Assembly: GCA_965205025.1 (NCBI GenBank)
Contig: CBDBFU010000007.1
Span: 1-64,000, forward strand
Reading direction: 5' to 3'
Length of the DNA: 64,000 bases
DNA from: Candidatus Poribacteria bacterium
GTDB lineage: Bacteria; Poribacteria; WGA-4E; WGA-3G
Numbering within the stretch: the first letter of the stretch is position 1; each line of letters begins with the position of its first letter. The position numbers were made by a program, and so were the translations under genes. This document shows, piece by piece, positions 21,404 through 31,276 of this stretch. Under the pieces are notes generated by a model. It was not told the origin of the DNA. It worked only from the letters and a program-made list of their open reading frames with translations, and made no database searches.

Positions 21404-22819
21404 AGAAAATATAAACATCTAACAACTAACATACATATATCACAATAATATAAAATAAATTAACGTGAGTTTGGTAAAAGTCCATTGTAGCGTAAACTTT
21501 CCAGTTTGCGCACATAGACCACAAACTGGAAAGTTTGTGGTACAAGAACAGTAAGGTGTGCCTTCCAAGAAAGAACAACTATTTTCTAATTATTTAGGTT
21601 TCTAAACTTTATGCCAAATTCAACCAAATCCACTATATGGGAAACAGGAAAATCCATGTTAGAATTACAACGAAAACATTCAGAATTATCACCTCATAAG
21701 CAGATACAGAGGAAAATCAATGCGAAATTCAACCGAATATTTTTTTAGTTTTTCAAATTTTAAAATTTTACACCTATTAATCAAATCCTTTGTTATCCCA
21801 ACCCACAACACGGTTTTCGGCTCATTAAAAAATCATTTCTTAAAAAGAAACTTGAAAAACTTGAAAAACTTGAAAAATTTAAAATTAGACCGACTTCAAA
21901 CAAAACAGACTATCTTACACCCCAGTAAACTACTGTGTATCTCATTACTACGAATTGTCCATACAGATATAATTCTCTTCATAGAATTCGGATTTCCCCG
22001 TCCGTTGGTTCAAAATATAGCAAATGGCACGTACAAAGAAACCTCCAAATCTATGATTTATCGAGTATATTCTAATACCATGTCAAAATGGAAACACAAA
22101 ATATTTCACATTCAAACAATCCAAAATCAATGGATCAAAAGAAAAGTAAAAGACACAAAATTCAAACCAACTTTATAATTGGAACAAATTCTTGTAACCT
22201 TAAAAAAAATGGCTCTAAACACAGTGTAGTACTGACGGGAGATGGCATTTTAAAACGTTACACCATGTAACGAAAAGTGTAACTTTATTCAACATATAAA
22301 TAACTAAAACATTACTATTGTGAACATTAAAAACAGCAAAATTACAGTAAAATTACCCTCGGTTCTATATGATACATGACAAAAAAGAGGTATTAAAATA
22401 TAGAATTGATGAGATAGGCTAAAACCACTAACAACAAAAACTACTGGCTACATAGTCATAGGAGAATAATTGATGATTATTCAAAGATCTAATACGCATA
22501 ACGAATATCAAAATGGTTCTAATAATATACACTTTTTTGCATATTTGAAGTTAACAAGAAAAGTTAAAAAAGACACAAAATATCAATTTTTCTAATTCTT
22601 ATTTCAATTGGAGATAAACTCTGTCTGTAACAGGGTTTACAGCCATAATTTACATCAATTTAAATGTCACACCATGTGACGAAAAGTGTAACCTTTTTCA
22701 CAACATGATATACAATATTAACTTAACTTCTATAATGAAGAATCGGATTAATTTTATGGAATATTACCATTTAAACATACATAATTGCTCGTATTTGGGT
22801 ATTCTCAGAACATAACCTA

Positions 22820-22915
22820 ATACCATTTCAGATAAATATAGTCTCTTCTCTGTAATGTAGCATAAACTTCCAGTTTATGCTACATTACAGAGAATTTATT
22901 ATGAGAAATGGTATA
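22820..22915. repeat. MITE/REPIN-like element (ATACCATTTC...GAAATGGTAT ends, central palindrome)
   Basis: Terminal inverted repeat plus ctctgtaatgtagcataaac-ttcca-gtttatgctacattacagag. Confidence 0.75.
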
Positions 22916-22992
22916 AGAATAAATTTATTTTCACTAAGTGTCATATCTATATCCTTCATCAACATAAAGGTTTAGGTAATATTGAAGAAGTT

Positions 22993-25635
22993 ATGATTAT
23001 TGTCAGTGTAGTTATGCAAAACGTAAATTACAATTACAAAAGACCCAATACATTTGTAGTGTATTGTGTGAGTTTAATATACCTCTTTTTTACAGGATTC
23101 ATCCTTCTGACTGGATGTCATACACCAAGTTCAGAACCTCCTCCTAATGTTCCTACTATATCAAACTTAGATGACTCGAAAATTCGTGAAAAGGTATTTG
23201 AAGGGGCAATTCATGAATCAGACTTAAAAATACTTCCAAATACATCTGGTGAAAACATCTATTATGTGAATCCTAAAGGACCACCTTATACTGGATGGGT
23301 AAAGAATATTCGAAAACTACAGCAAGTTCAGAACGGTAAAATACATGGGATATATATCACTTGGTACGGAAATTGGCAAAAAGCAATAGAGGGAAATTAC
23401 AATAAAGGACTCCGTGATGGGGCATGGATAGAATGGGACCCTATTGGAAAAAAAGAGAGTGAAGGTAATTACAAGAACGGCAGACGAGACGGATTGTGGA
23501 CGACATGGAATCTTGATGGTGAGAAATCAAGCGAAATTACATACGAAAACGGTAAAGTTCTAACCACAAAAAGTCTACTACAAGCTGAAAGCGATATATC
23601 TACTGATAGTAGTAATATAGTAGATACCGAGAAATCTGTTTTTCTTCAGCGTGATAATACTCAAGAAGACAAACGGTTTGGATTACCAAATGGTGCAAAA
23701 ACTCGTTTCGGTAAAGGAAGAATATCCAATGTTCAATCTTCTCCTGATGGGAAACGATTGGCAGTTACGACATCTATAGGTTTATGGATCTATGATACAA
23801 GCAGTGGTGAAGAATATGGTGTGCCGGGAGAAACAGGTCGATTAGGAGGAATTGTATTCAGTCCTGATGGGAAAACCATTGCAACTTTTGGAGGAAACCC
23901 TAACGTCCATCTATGGGAAGCAGACACTGGGAAACTAATAAAGTCTATAAAAGGAGAATATGCTGATAAACTTCTTTTCAGTCCAGATGGCAGACTGCTT
24001 GCAAGTGTTAACCACAATAGAAACACTCAACTATGGGATATAAGTACTGGTAACCATATACATACGTTTTTTACGAATACACCTGAAGGAATTTCTATAT
24101 CTTTTAGTCCAGAGGGCGACATTTTTGCAACTGCTCATGGGGATACACTTGAGTTATGGGATACTCTCACAGGACAAAAGACTCATACCCTCTCAGGAGA
24201 TGATTACGAATTTAACACTATCCAATTCAGTCCTGATGGTTCAACACTGGCAACTCGTCATAGTAATGGTCGTGTTCATCTATGGGATGCACATACGTGG
24301 AGACTAAAGGACTTTAATCAGCTGCAAAAGCAGGATTCAGTTTCAACGGTATTGTATAGTCCTGATGGTTCTAAACTGATCTATGGTCATGGAAACGGAA
24401 TAGTGACAATATGGAACGCAATTACGGGACAACACTTGAATACACTTTCCGTATCTAACAATGGTGTACGATCTCTTGCAATTAAGGCAGATGGAACCAT
24501 CTTAGCAAGTGGACATTTATATGGCACAATACAAATATGGGATTTACACACTGGACAATTAATGAATACCTTGAATAATGAAACTTCAGATAACCATGAT
24601 ATTCGACACCATGATATGCATGGAAAGACTATTACCTACCTTTCGTTTAATTCCGAGGCAAATACTTTAGTGAGTCAGAGTGAAACCGATGTGATCCTAT
24701 TTTGGGATCTCGCTATAGGACAAAGAAAAAAAGAACTTTCAGGTTTTAATAAAGAACAAATGTCAGACAGTACTTTTAGTCCTGATGGTAAATTTATAGC
24801 ATTTGGCGGGGGAAGGGGTGACATCCATATATGGAATATATTTACAGGAGAATATACAGATTCATTCTCAGAAAATATAGGTTATGTTTCAAGTATTGTG
24901 TATAGTCCAAATGGGAAGACTCTTGCATGTGGTAGTTGGGGTGGCCGAATAATACTTTTAAATCCACAAAGTCGTCGTAAAATGGACTTATTCAAGAATC
25001 CTATTGATAGTATCAAAAGTCTAACTTATAGTCTTGATGGAAGCACACTTGCAGGAGGTACAGAAGATGGCGACATCTATATATTTAACCTTTCTACCCA
25101 AGAAAAGATACGTACCCTTAAAGGACATAATTCCAATGTTTATAGTGTTGCATTTAGTCCGGATGGAAAAACACTGGCGAGTGGGGAACGGAACCATGCG
25201 CTTCATCTTTGGGATGTCCCAACTGGCACACTCAAAAAAGCTATTAAGGAACATACACATTATGTATCAAGCGTACTGTTTACTCCTGATGGTGAAACTG
25301 TAATCAGTGGAAGTTGGGACAACACGATCCGATTCTGGGATGCACATTCTGGTAAATTTAAGAAATCTCTTGAATGGGATACAATATCTTGTCTTGCTCT
25401 TAGTCCGGATGGAAAAACACTGGCTGCAGGAAGTGTTTTTTCACGGAACAATGTTTACAACTCCATACGTCTTTGGGACATAAAAACAGGGAAAGTACTC
25501 AAGACCTTGTTTGGACACACAAACAGCATCTCAAGTGTTAACTTTAGTCCAAATGGAGAAATGCTTGTCAGTTCCAGTCACGATGGCATTGTGATTTTAT
25601 GGGATGACATCTATACACATGCTAAAATAGATTAG
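22993..25635 (+). CDS. Putative lipoprotein with MORN-variant repeats and about 14 WD40 repeats
   Basis: LLTGC lipobox; EGNYNKGLRDGAW repeats; repeated FSPDGKTLASG..LWD. Confidence 0.9.
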   Translation: MIIVSVVMQNVNYNYKRPNTFVVYCVSLIYLFFTGFILLTGCHTPSSEPPPNVPTISNLDDSKIREKVFEGAIHESDLKILPNTSGENIYYVNPKGPPYTGWVKNIRKLQQVQNGKIHGIYITWYGNWQKAIEGNYNKGLRDGAWIEWDPIGKKESEGNYKNGRRDGLWTTWNLDGEKSSEITYENGKVLTTKSLLQAESDISTDSSNIVDTEKSVFLQRDNTQEDKRFGLPNGAKTRFGKGRISNVQSSPDGKRLAVTTSIGLWIYDTSSGEEYGVPGETGRLGGIVFSPDGKTIATFGGNPNVHLWEADTGKLIKSIKGEYADKLLFSPDGRLLASVNHNRNTQLWDISTGNHIHTFFTNTPEGISISFSPEGDIFATAHGDTLELWDTLTGQKTHTLSGDDYEFNTIQFSPDGSTLATRHSNGRVHLWDAHTWRLKDFNQLQKQDSVSTVLYSPDGSKLIYGHGNGIVTIWNAITGQHLNTLSVSNNGVRSLAIKADGTILASGHLYGTIQIWDLHTGQLMNTLNNETSDNHDIRHHDMHGKTITYLSFNSEANTLVSQSETDVILFWDLAIGQRKKELSGFNKEQMSDSTFSPDGKFIAFGGGRGDIHIWNIFTGEYTDSFSENIGYVSSIVYSPNGKTLACGSWGGRIILLNPQSRRKMDLFKNPIDSIKSLTYSLDGSTLAGGTEDGDIYIFNLSTQEKIRTLKGHNSNVYSVAFSPDGKTLASGERNHALHLWDVPTGTLKKAIKEHTHYVSSVLFTPDGETVISGSWDNTIRFWDAHSGKFKKSLEWDTISCLALSPDGKTLAAGSVFSRNNVYNSIRLWDIKTGKVLKTLFGHTNSISSVNFSPNGEMLVSSSHDGIVILWDDIYTHAKID

Positions 25636-25669
25636 TTTGTAAATGATTCATTAGAAGAATAATGAAGCT

Positions 25670-26953
25670 ATGCTTAATTTCAGAAAATATAGGGATAACA
25701 TGTTTAAATATGTAAAAGGAAAATTTCTTGTAATGACAAATTTTCGATATAGTTATTTGTACTGTATAGTATCGTTAGTTTTTCTGATTGTACTCATAGT
25801 TTTGTTATGTGTATCTACTTCCAGCATAGCACAGGATGTTACTACATTATCTGGTCGTCTAATTGATACAGCGGGTGACCCAATTCCCGATATTACAGTT
25901 CAGATGAGTCGGAATACTGAGGATCAAAATAAATCAGACAATATAGTGCAAACAAGAACTGATTCAAAAGGTCGTTTTGCTTTTTCAAACATAGACTATA
26001 AATCAATTAAGTTGTACATTTATTCTCAGCACAGAAGTTATAATGTCAAAGTGCTTACTGCAGAATTCGGTGATATATCCCTATATCCGTTTCGTTCATT
26101 GGGATCAACTCTAACCTTTGACTTAGATTTAGGTACAAAAATGGAAGGTGTAATCCTTACAGCAGACATTGTAAAGCAATCTCGAATACGGGCGCGCGTT
26201 GTTTATTCAGATGGCACTCCTGTGACAAATACCCGATTTTACGTGTATAGAACAATGCATGAATTTATTAGAAGAGGAGTGGGGTCCAGTCAATCTCCAG
26301 AGGATACAGACGCTGAAGGTTATTTTGTTCAATACGTAACGAGAACACATCATCCAGAATACTATATTAGAATGGCTATAAATCATCAAGATTTATATGC
26401 TAAAGCAGTACCTTTTATATTAGAGAGTGAGAATGAAATCGTATTCACTTTGAATGGCAATTCAGGATCTAAAAATGCCCGACCATTGGATCAAAGTGAA
26501 CGGTTTTTAGTACTTAGAAGATATGTTGAACCATCAGCATCTTGGATTGTAAATCCGACGAATAATCATGCCTACAAACTTACATATACACAAACTATTG
26601 ATGAAGCAATAGCACAAGCTTCATCTGAAAATGCTTATGTCGTTTCAATAAACGATAAAGCAGAAGAAAAATGGCTTAGTGGTATTTACGGAAATAGTCG
26701 CTATTGGATTGGACTCAGTGATGCTGAAAAAGAAGGAACTTGGAAATGGTTCAGTGGAGAGCCTATTGAATATACGAATTGGGAAGCGTATGAGCCGGAA
26801 GGTGGAAACACTGAAACCAAAGATTATGTCATGACAGGCTATTTCGGATGGGGCTGGCACGCTTCTGATAAGACGCGGAAAGTACACAATTCTGACAAAC
26901 GCAAACCTATTAAAGAAAGAACAATTCTTGAAAAAGAAATTATCCTCCGTTGA
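25670..26953 (+). CDS. Secreted protein with carboxypeptidase-regulatory-like domains and a C-terminal C-type lectin domain
   Basis: LSGRLIDTAGDPI..TDSKGRF; NPTNNHAYK..WIGLSDAEKEGTWKWFSGEPIEYTNW. Confidence 0.85.
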   Translation: MLNFRKYRDNMFKYVKGKFLVMTNFRYSYLYCIVSLVFLIVLIVLLCVSTSSIAQDVTTLSGRLIDTAGDPIPDITVQMSRNTEDQNKSDNIVQTRTDSKGRFAFSNIDYKSIKLYIYSQHRSYNVKVLTAEFGDISLYPFRSLGSTLTFDLDLGTKMEGVILTADIVKQSRIRARVVYSDGTPVTNTRFYVYRTMHEFIRRGVGSSQSPEDTDAEGYFVQYVTRTHHPEYYIRMAINHQDLYAKAVPFILESENEIVFTLNGNSGSKNARPLDQSERFLVLRRYVEPSASWIVNPTNNHAYKLTYTQTIDEAIAQASSENAYVVSINDKAEEKWLSGIYGNSRYWIGLSDAEKEGTWKWFSGEPIEYTNWEAYEPEGGNTETKDYVMTGYFGWGWHASDKTRKVHNSDKRKPIKERTILEKEIILR

Positions 26954-27030
26954 TTACACTAAAGAGACATGAATTATCAGAATGGTATTACTTTCTCCTA
27001 CATTAATTTCACTTTAAGGTATCTTCTATT

Positions 27031-28341
27031 ATGACTTGTATTAAAATAAACCACTTTTTTCCTGTTGTATTACTAATCGGATTTAGTGTGACCTTCAATG
27101 CATGCGACCCTCAGAATAGTGCAACAACTTTTTCAGGAAAACTCGTTGACGAAAATTGGAATCCAATTCGTGGTCATATTGTTACATTATACCCTATTGA
27201 GATGAGTGAAAATGGATCCGCTATTTTTAAGCCGTTAATGACTATTGCAGCATCACCAGATTTTCTAACTGCCAAGACAGATAACAACGGAGACTTCACA
27301 TTTAAAGGTCCCATCAAATCGGGTATGAAACGTATGGGACTTATCCCTTCAAAACTCTTAGGAGATATACTGAAAGGTGAGTTACAGGATTATGACTTTA
27401 AAATGGAATATGAACTTGTCTCCGTCAAGATTGGTCCAATGACAATCAACAAAAGTCGTATGGGATCTGGTCTTACAACTTTCTCTCTGCAATCTGATAG
27501 AAATATTAAGGATGTAATCATTACTGCGCGTGCGAATATGTGGATAGATGGGAAGATTAGGTTTGCTAACAAGAAACCGTTAGCCGATGCTCCTGTATTA
27601 TTCAAAGTTCAATCTCGTTTGGAAGATAAGACAGGTGAGTCAAAATATAATGATAGGTTCCACAAGACAGATGAGAAAGGAAATTTCATATTGGAGTTGT
27701 TCTACCATGATGAACCTAAGTTCTATAAGGTTTCAATAGAATATCATGGACTGACAGCTGCCTCCAAAGAATTTCTAATACATGGAGGCTCCCATCACAA
27801 AGGTTTAACATTAACCCTCAATGGCAATAGTAGTGACATACCTGAAAATCCAGAACCACCCCAACAACGACGGTTCCCTGGTATGTTACCCTTACCGAGT
27901 GAAACCACACCTGAAGAGTGGATTATCAATCCAGATAATGGACATGCTTATGTGAAAATTATTTGTGAGAGTATTGAAGCCGCAAGAGCTCAAGCTGCAA
28001 CAGAAGGAGCTTATCTTGTCGCAATTAACGATGAAACCGAACAGAATTGGTTATCAGGTGTATTTGGTTATGAACTGTATTGGATTGGACTTCAGAAGAC
28101 CGAAGAGGATACTGAATGGAAATGGAGTAACGGAGATTCACTGACATATTCCAACTGGGGACCTAAAGACAGATTTCAACCCGATTATATAACTGGAAGT
28201 GGGAAAACGGCTGCTGTTATGACGTTTGTGAAGGGAGAATGGCATGCGATTGCATCCGATGATCTATTCTGGAACGTTACCAAATGGGCACTTCTTGAAA
28301 AGGATAATCTGCAACTTGGTACAACAGGAGAAAATAGGTAA
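27031..28341 (+). CDS. Paralogous lipoprotein with a C-type lectin domain
   Basis: FNAC lipobox; NPDNGHAY..LVAINDETEQNWL..WIGL..WKWSNGDSLTYSNW. Confidence 0.85.
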   Translation: MTCIKINHFFPVVLLIGFSVTFNACDPQNSATTFSGKLVDENWNPIRGHIVTLYPIEMSENGSAIFKPLMTIAASPDFLTAKTDNNGDFTFKGPIKSGMKRMGLIPSKLLGDILKGELQDYDFKMEYELVSVKIGPMTINKSRMGSGLTTFSLQSDRNIKDVIITARANMWIDGKIRFANKKPLADAPVLFKVQSRLEDKTGESKYNDRFHKTDEKGNFILELFYHDEPKFYKVSIEYHGLTAASKEFLIHGGSHHKGLTLTLNGNSSDIPENPEPPQQRRFPGMLPLPSETTPEEWIINPDNGHAYVKIICESIEAARAQAATEGAYLVAINDETEQNWLSGVFGYELYWIGLQKTEEDTEWKWSNGDSLTYSNWGPKDRFQPDYITGSGKTAAVMTFVKGEWHAIASDDLFWNVTKWALLEKDNLQLGTTGENR

Positions 28342-28407
28342 TTATGGAGTAAAGGATAATACAATATAGTTTCGTATTTGTCTCTTTTCACCTGAATTTG
28401 AACATTT

Positions 28408-29361
28408 TTATGAATGATGTTTAGGTGTTGCGTCATTTTGAGTGGAATCAATAATCTTATTGACTATATACTCAACATTATTTGATGCCGTATTTTTCTC
28501 TAACCATTGAATTCGTTGATCTTTTTTGAACCAAGTCATCTGTCTTTTTGCGAATTTGCGTGTGTTCTGTTTTAGCTGCTCTACAGCTTCAACATAAGTA
28601 GATTGTCCATCAAGATATGCTATTAACTCCTTATAGCCAAAACTTTGTAGGGCAAAGGAATCACGAGAATGTCCTGTTGCTAATATGGATTCGACTTCCT
28701 TAACTAAACCGTTTGCAAGCATGACATCTACCCGTTGATTGATACGATCATTAAGTAGTGTACGAGACATAGTTAGCCCAAATGCATTGAAAGAGTATCG
28801 TTGTCCTTTGTGTTCCCATTGTTGTTGATGTTCTGATATGGGGATGCCAGTTAGTTCGTATACTTCAATTGCGCGTATGACTCTGTTAAGATTATTGGGG
28901 TGAATTCGGTCAGCAGAGATTGGGTCGTATTTGCGCAAACGATTGTGAAGTTCTGCAACACCATATTCCACTGCTTCAAGTTGAAGTCTATTTCGTAATT
29001 TGACATTAGCACCCGGTCCCTCAAATAAACCATCAACGATTGCCCTAAAATATAATCCTGCCCCACCTGCAAGTATTACCTGTTTACTTCTCTTCTGAAT
29101 GTCTGAAATTGCTGTATCTGCCAGGAACTTATAGTCCGCGACAGTGAAAGTTTGTGAAATATCTACACAATCAATTAAGTGATGAGGGGCTGCCTGTAGT
29201 TCTTGGTGGGTAGGTTTTGCTGTGCCGATGTCCATCTGTCGATAGATTTGTCGTGAATCAACGGAGATAATTTCGGCATTGAGTCGTTGTGCAAGTTCAA
29301 TTGCTATCTCAGTTTTTCCAACAGCTGTAGGACCGAGTATACAGAGGAGTTGTGATTTCAT
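28408..29361 (-). CDS. miaA: tRNA dimethylallyltransferase
   Basis: GPTAVGKT, DSRQIYRQMDIGTAKP, FAKRQMTW. Confidence 0.97.
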   Translation of the reverse strand: MKSQLLCILGPTAVGKTEIAIELAQRLNAEIISVDSRQIYRQMDIGTAKPTHQELQAAPHHLIDCVDISQTFTVADYKFLADTAISDIQKRSKQVILAGGAGLYFRAIVDGLFEGPGANVKLRNRLQLEAVEYGVAELHNRLRKYDPISADRIHPNNLNRVIRAIEVYELTGIPISEHQQQWEHKGQRYSFNAFGLTMSRTLLNDRINQRVDVMLANGLVKEVESILATGHSRDSFALQSFGYKELIAYLDGQSTYVEAVEQLKQNTRKFAKRQMTWFKKDQRIQWLEKNTASNNVEYIVNKIIDSTQNDATPKHHS

Positions 29362-29365
29362 CTGT

Positions 29366-30451
29366 TTATGTGTCTGTACCTACAATCCAACCACCTCCGA
29401 TGACGTATTCACCATCGTAAAATACTGTGGCTTGACCTGGGGTGATTGCCCGTCGGGGTTCGTCGAATTTAACAATTGCTTCTGATTCTCCGATTGGAGT
29501 AATTGTTGCGGGGCCACCATCATCACGCGATCTGATTTTAACGTGTGCGCGTATGGGGTCTTTTAACTCTTCAATTGAGATAAGATTGATCCGTTCAACG
29601 TTCATGGTGTCTTCAAGAAGATCGTCCGATTCACCAACAACAACGGTTTTTTCATCTGCATTCAATTGTGTTACATATAGTGGTTTCCCAGCGGAAATCC
29701 CTAAGCCGCGTCGCTGTCCTACGGTATAGAAGGGTACACCTTGATGTTTACCGAGGACATTCCCATCCTTGTCAATTATATCTCCCCCTTCGATTTTCTC
29801 AGGTATTCTGTCTTGAAGAAATCTTCTATAATTTGTATCTGCGACAAAACAGAGTTCTTGACTTTCAATTTTTTCTGCAGTTCGTAGGTCATACTGACGC
29901 GCGAGATCTCTGACTTGGGTTTTTGAGAATTCCCCGAGTGGCATTAATGCACATTGTAATTGATCTTGTGTAAGAGCGGCGAGGAAGTAGGATTGATCTT
30001 TGCTTTGGTCAAGTGATTTTCGTAATAGATATCGACCTGTTTCTGGATGTTGTTCTATCCGTGCATAATGTCCTGTTGCGATGGCTTCACATTCTAATGA
30101 CTTGGCGAGATCAAGTAGTTTTCCAAATTTTAGTTTTCGGTTACATACCATGCAAGGACTTGGTGTTCTCCCGATGAGATATTCTTCAACGAAGTAATCA
30201 ATAATTTCTTCTTTAAATATATCTTCGTAATTCACTCCGTAAAAAGGGATACCGAGTTGTGTTGCAACTCGTCGTGCATCTTCAATACCTTCGAGTGAAC
30301 AGCAATTTGGTCGTTCTGGCTCAACTTCAATTGTATCGGGTGCACCAAGACGCATAGTGATCCCTGTAACATCATAACCGGCATCAACCATCATGGCAGC
30401 AGTAACGGAACTATCTACGCCACCGCTCATTGCGACGAGTACTTTTTTCAT
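29366..30451 (-). CDS. mnmA: tRNA 2-thiouridine(34) synthase
   Basis: VAMSGGVDSS, TPSPCMVCN, ATGHY, KDQSYFL, ESQELCF, ITPGQ. Confidence 0.97.
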   Translation of the reverse strand: MKKVLVAMSGGVDSSVTAAMMVDAGYDVTGITMRLGAPDTIEVEPERPNCCSLEGIEDARRVATQLGIPFYGVNYEDIFKEEIIDYFVEEYLIGRTPSPCMVCNRKLKFGKLLDLAKSLECEAIATGHYARIEQHPETGRYLLRKSLDQSKDQSYFLAALTQDQLQCALMPLGEFSKTQVRDLARQYDLRTAEKIESQELCFVADTNYRRFLQDRIPEKIEGGDIIDKDGNVLGKHQGVPFYTVGQRRGLGISAGKPLYVTQLNADEKTVVVGESDDLLEDTMNVERINLISIEELKDPIRAHVKIRSRDDGGPATITPIGESEAIVKFDEPRRAITPGQATVFYDGEYVIGGGWIVGTDT

Positions 30452-30584
30452 GGATTTATATTGGGATTAGGTATTGTGAGTGCTTATCACTATGCAATCT
30501 TATCTTAGGAATGCTATGAAAAATTCATCCTTGATAATAATTAGAATTTAGTTTTTCTTTCATAGGTATCAATAACGGTTTGTC

Positions 30585-31274
30585 TTATTTTTTTGGATTG
30601 CACTCATACTGCTTAAAGTCATCAATGTTGTCATCTTTGATATGTAGTTGACCCTCTCCGACATTTCCTCGATGCTGTCCTTTGGAATAGTGTTTATTGT
30701 TAACTATCTCATTTGAAGATAGTACCCAATATTTAATAATATCTCTCCAAACTGCGATTAAGATAAATACATCTGCACAAGCAGGTTTAATTTGCTGAAA
30801 ATTCATCCAAAACGGATTCATGCTTTCATAAGACAAAGCTTTTATGTAAAGTGGTTCTTCGCTATCTCTATCCACTGCTCTTGATGCTTTTACTTCAATT
30901 TTTATTAGTGCCTTTTCGTATGGTAATGCAATATCATATTCCCCATTATATGATTCATCAAGTTTTTTTGTAGGTTTCAAAAAGTCTGGTTCCATAGACA
31001 TAAGTTGTCCTTGTGCCCATCTTTCTCCAAAACCTCTTGGTGCCACAATTTCGAATAAATATAGATATACATTTCTTGATAAATAACTATCTCGAATTTC
31101 ATAATAGTCATTTAGATTGATCTTTCCGAAACCCATTAAAGATGTAATAATATACTCATAATCATTAAATGGGTAAACAGATACAAGATCATGTAGTCTA
31201 TTCTTGATCACCTCTTTTTTATCTTCAGAAAGTTCTTCTATGAGTTTATCTAATTTCTGTTGTAATATATCCAT
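30585..31274 (-). CDS. Putative PD-(D/E)XK restriction endonuclease
   Basis: GEYDI..KIEVKASRA..MNFQQIKP; directly downstream of an MTase. Confidence 0.7.
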   Translation of the reverse strand: MDILQQKLDKLIEELSEDKKEVIKNRLHDLVSVYPFNDYEYIITSLMGFGKINLNDYYEIRDSYLSRNVYLYLFEIVAPRGFGERWAQGQLMSMEPDFLKPTKKLDESYNGEYDIALPYEKALIKIEVKASRAVDRDSEEPLYIKALSYESMNPFWMNFQQIKPACADVFILIAVWRDIIKYWVLSSNEIVNNKHYSKGQHRGNVGEGQLHIKDDNIDDFKQYECNPKK

Positions 31275-31276
31275 AT

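Noticed and set aside
21720-22270. ORFs 21720-22178, 22088-22270 and also 50658-51089
   Set aside because: Low-complexity translations of AT-rich repeated DNA; the shared blocks are not conserved as protein.
19352-26953. Genome-wide UGA reassignment (code 4 or 25) as the explanation for readthrough
   Set aside because: Ordinary genes end in TGA (MFS at 20701, lectin at 26953), Trp is encoded by TGG, and long housekeeping genes have no internal TGA.
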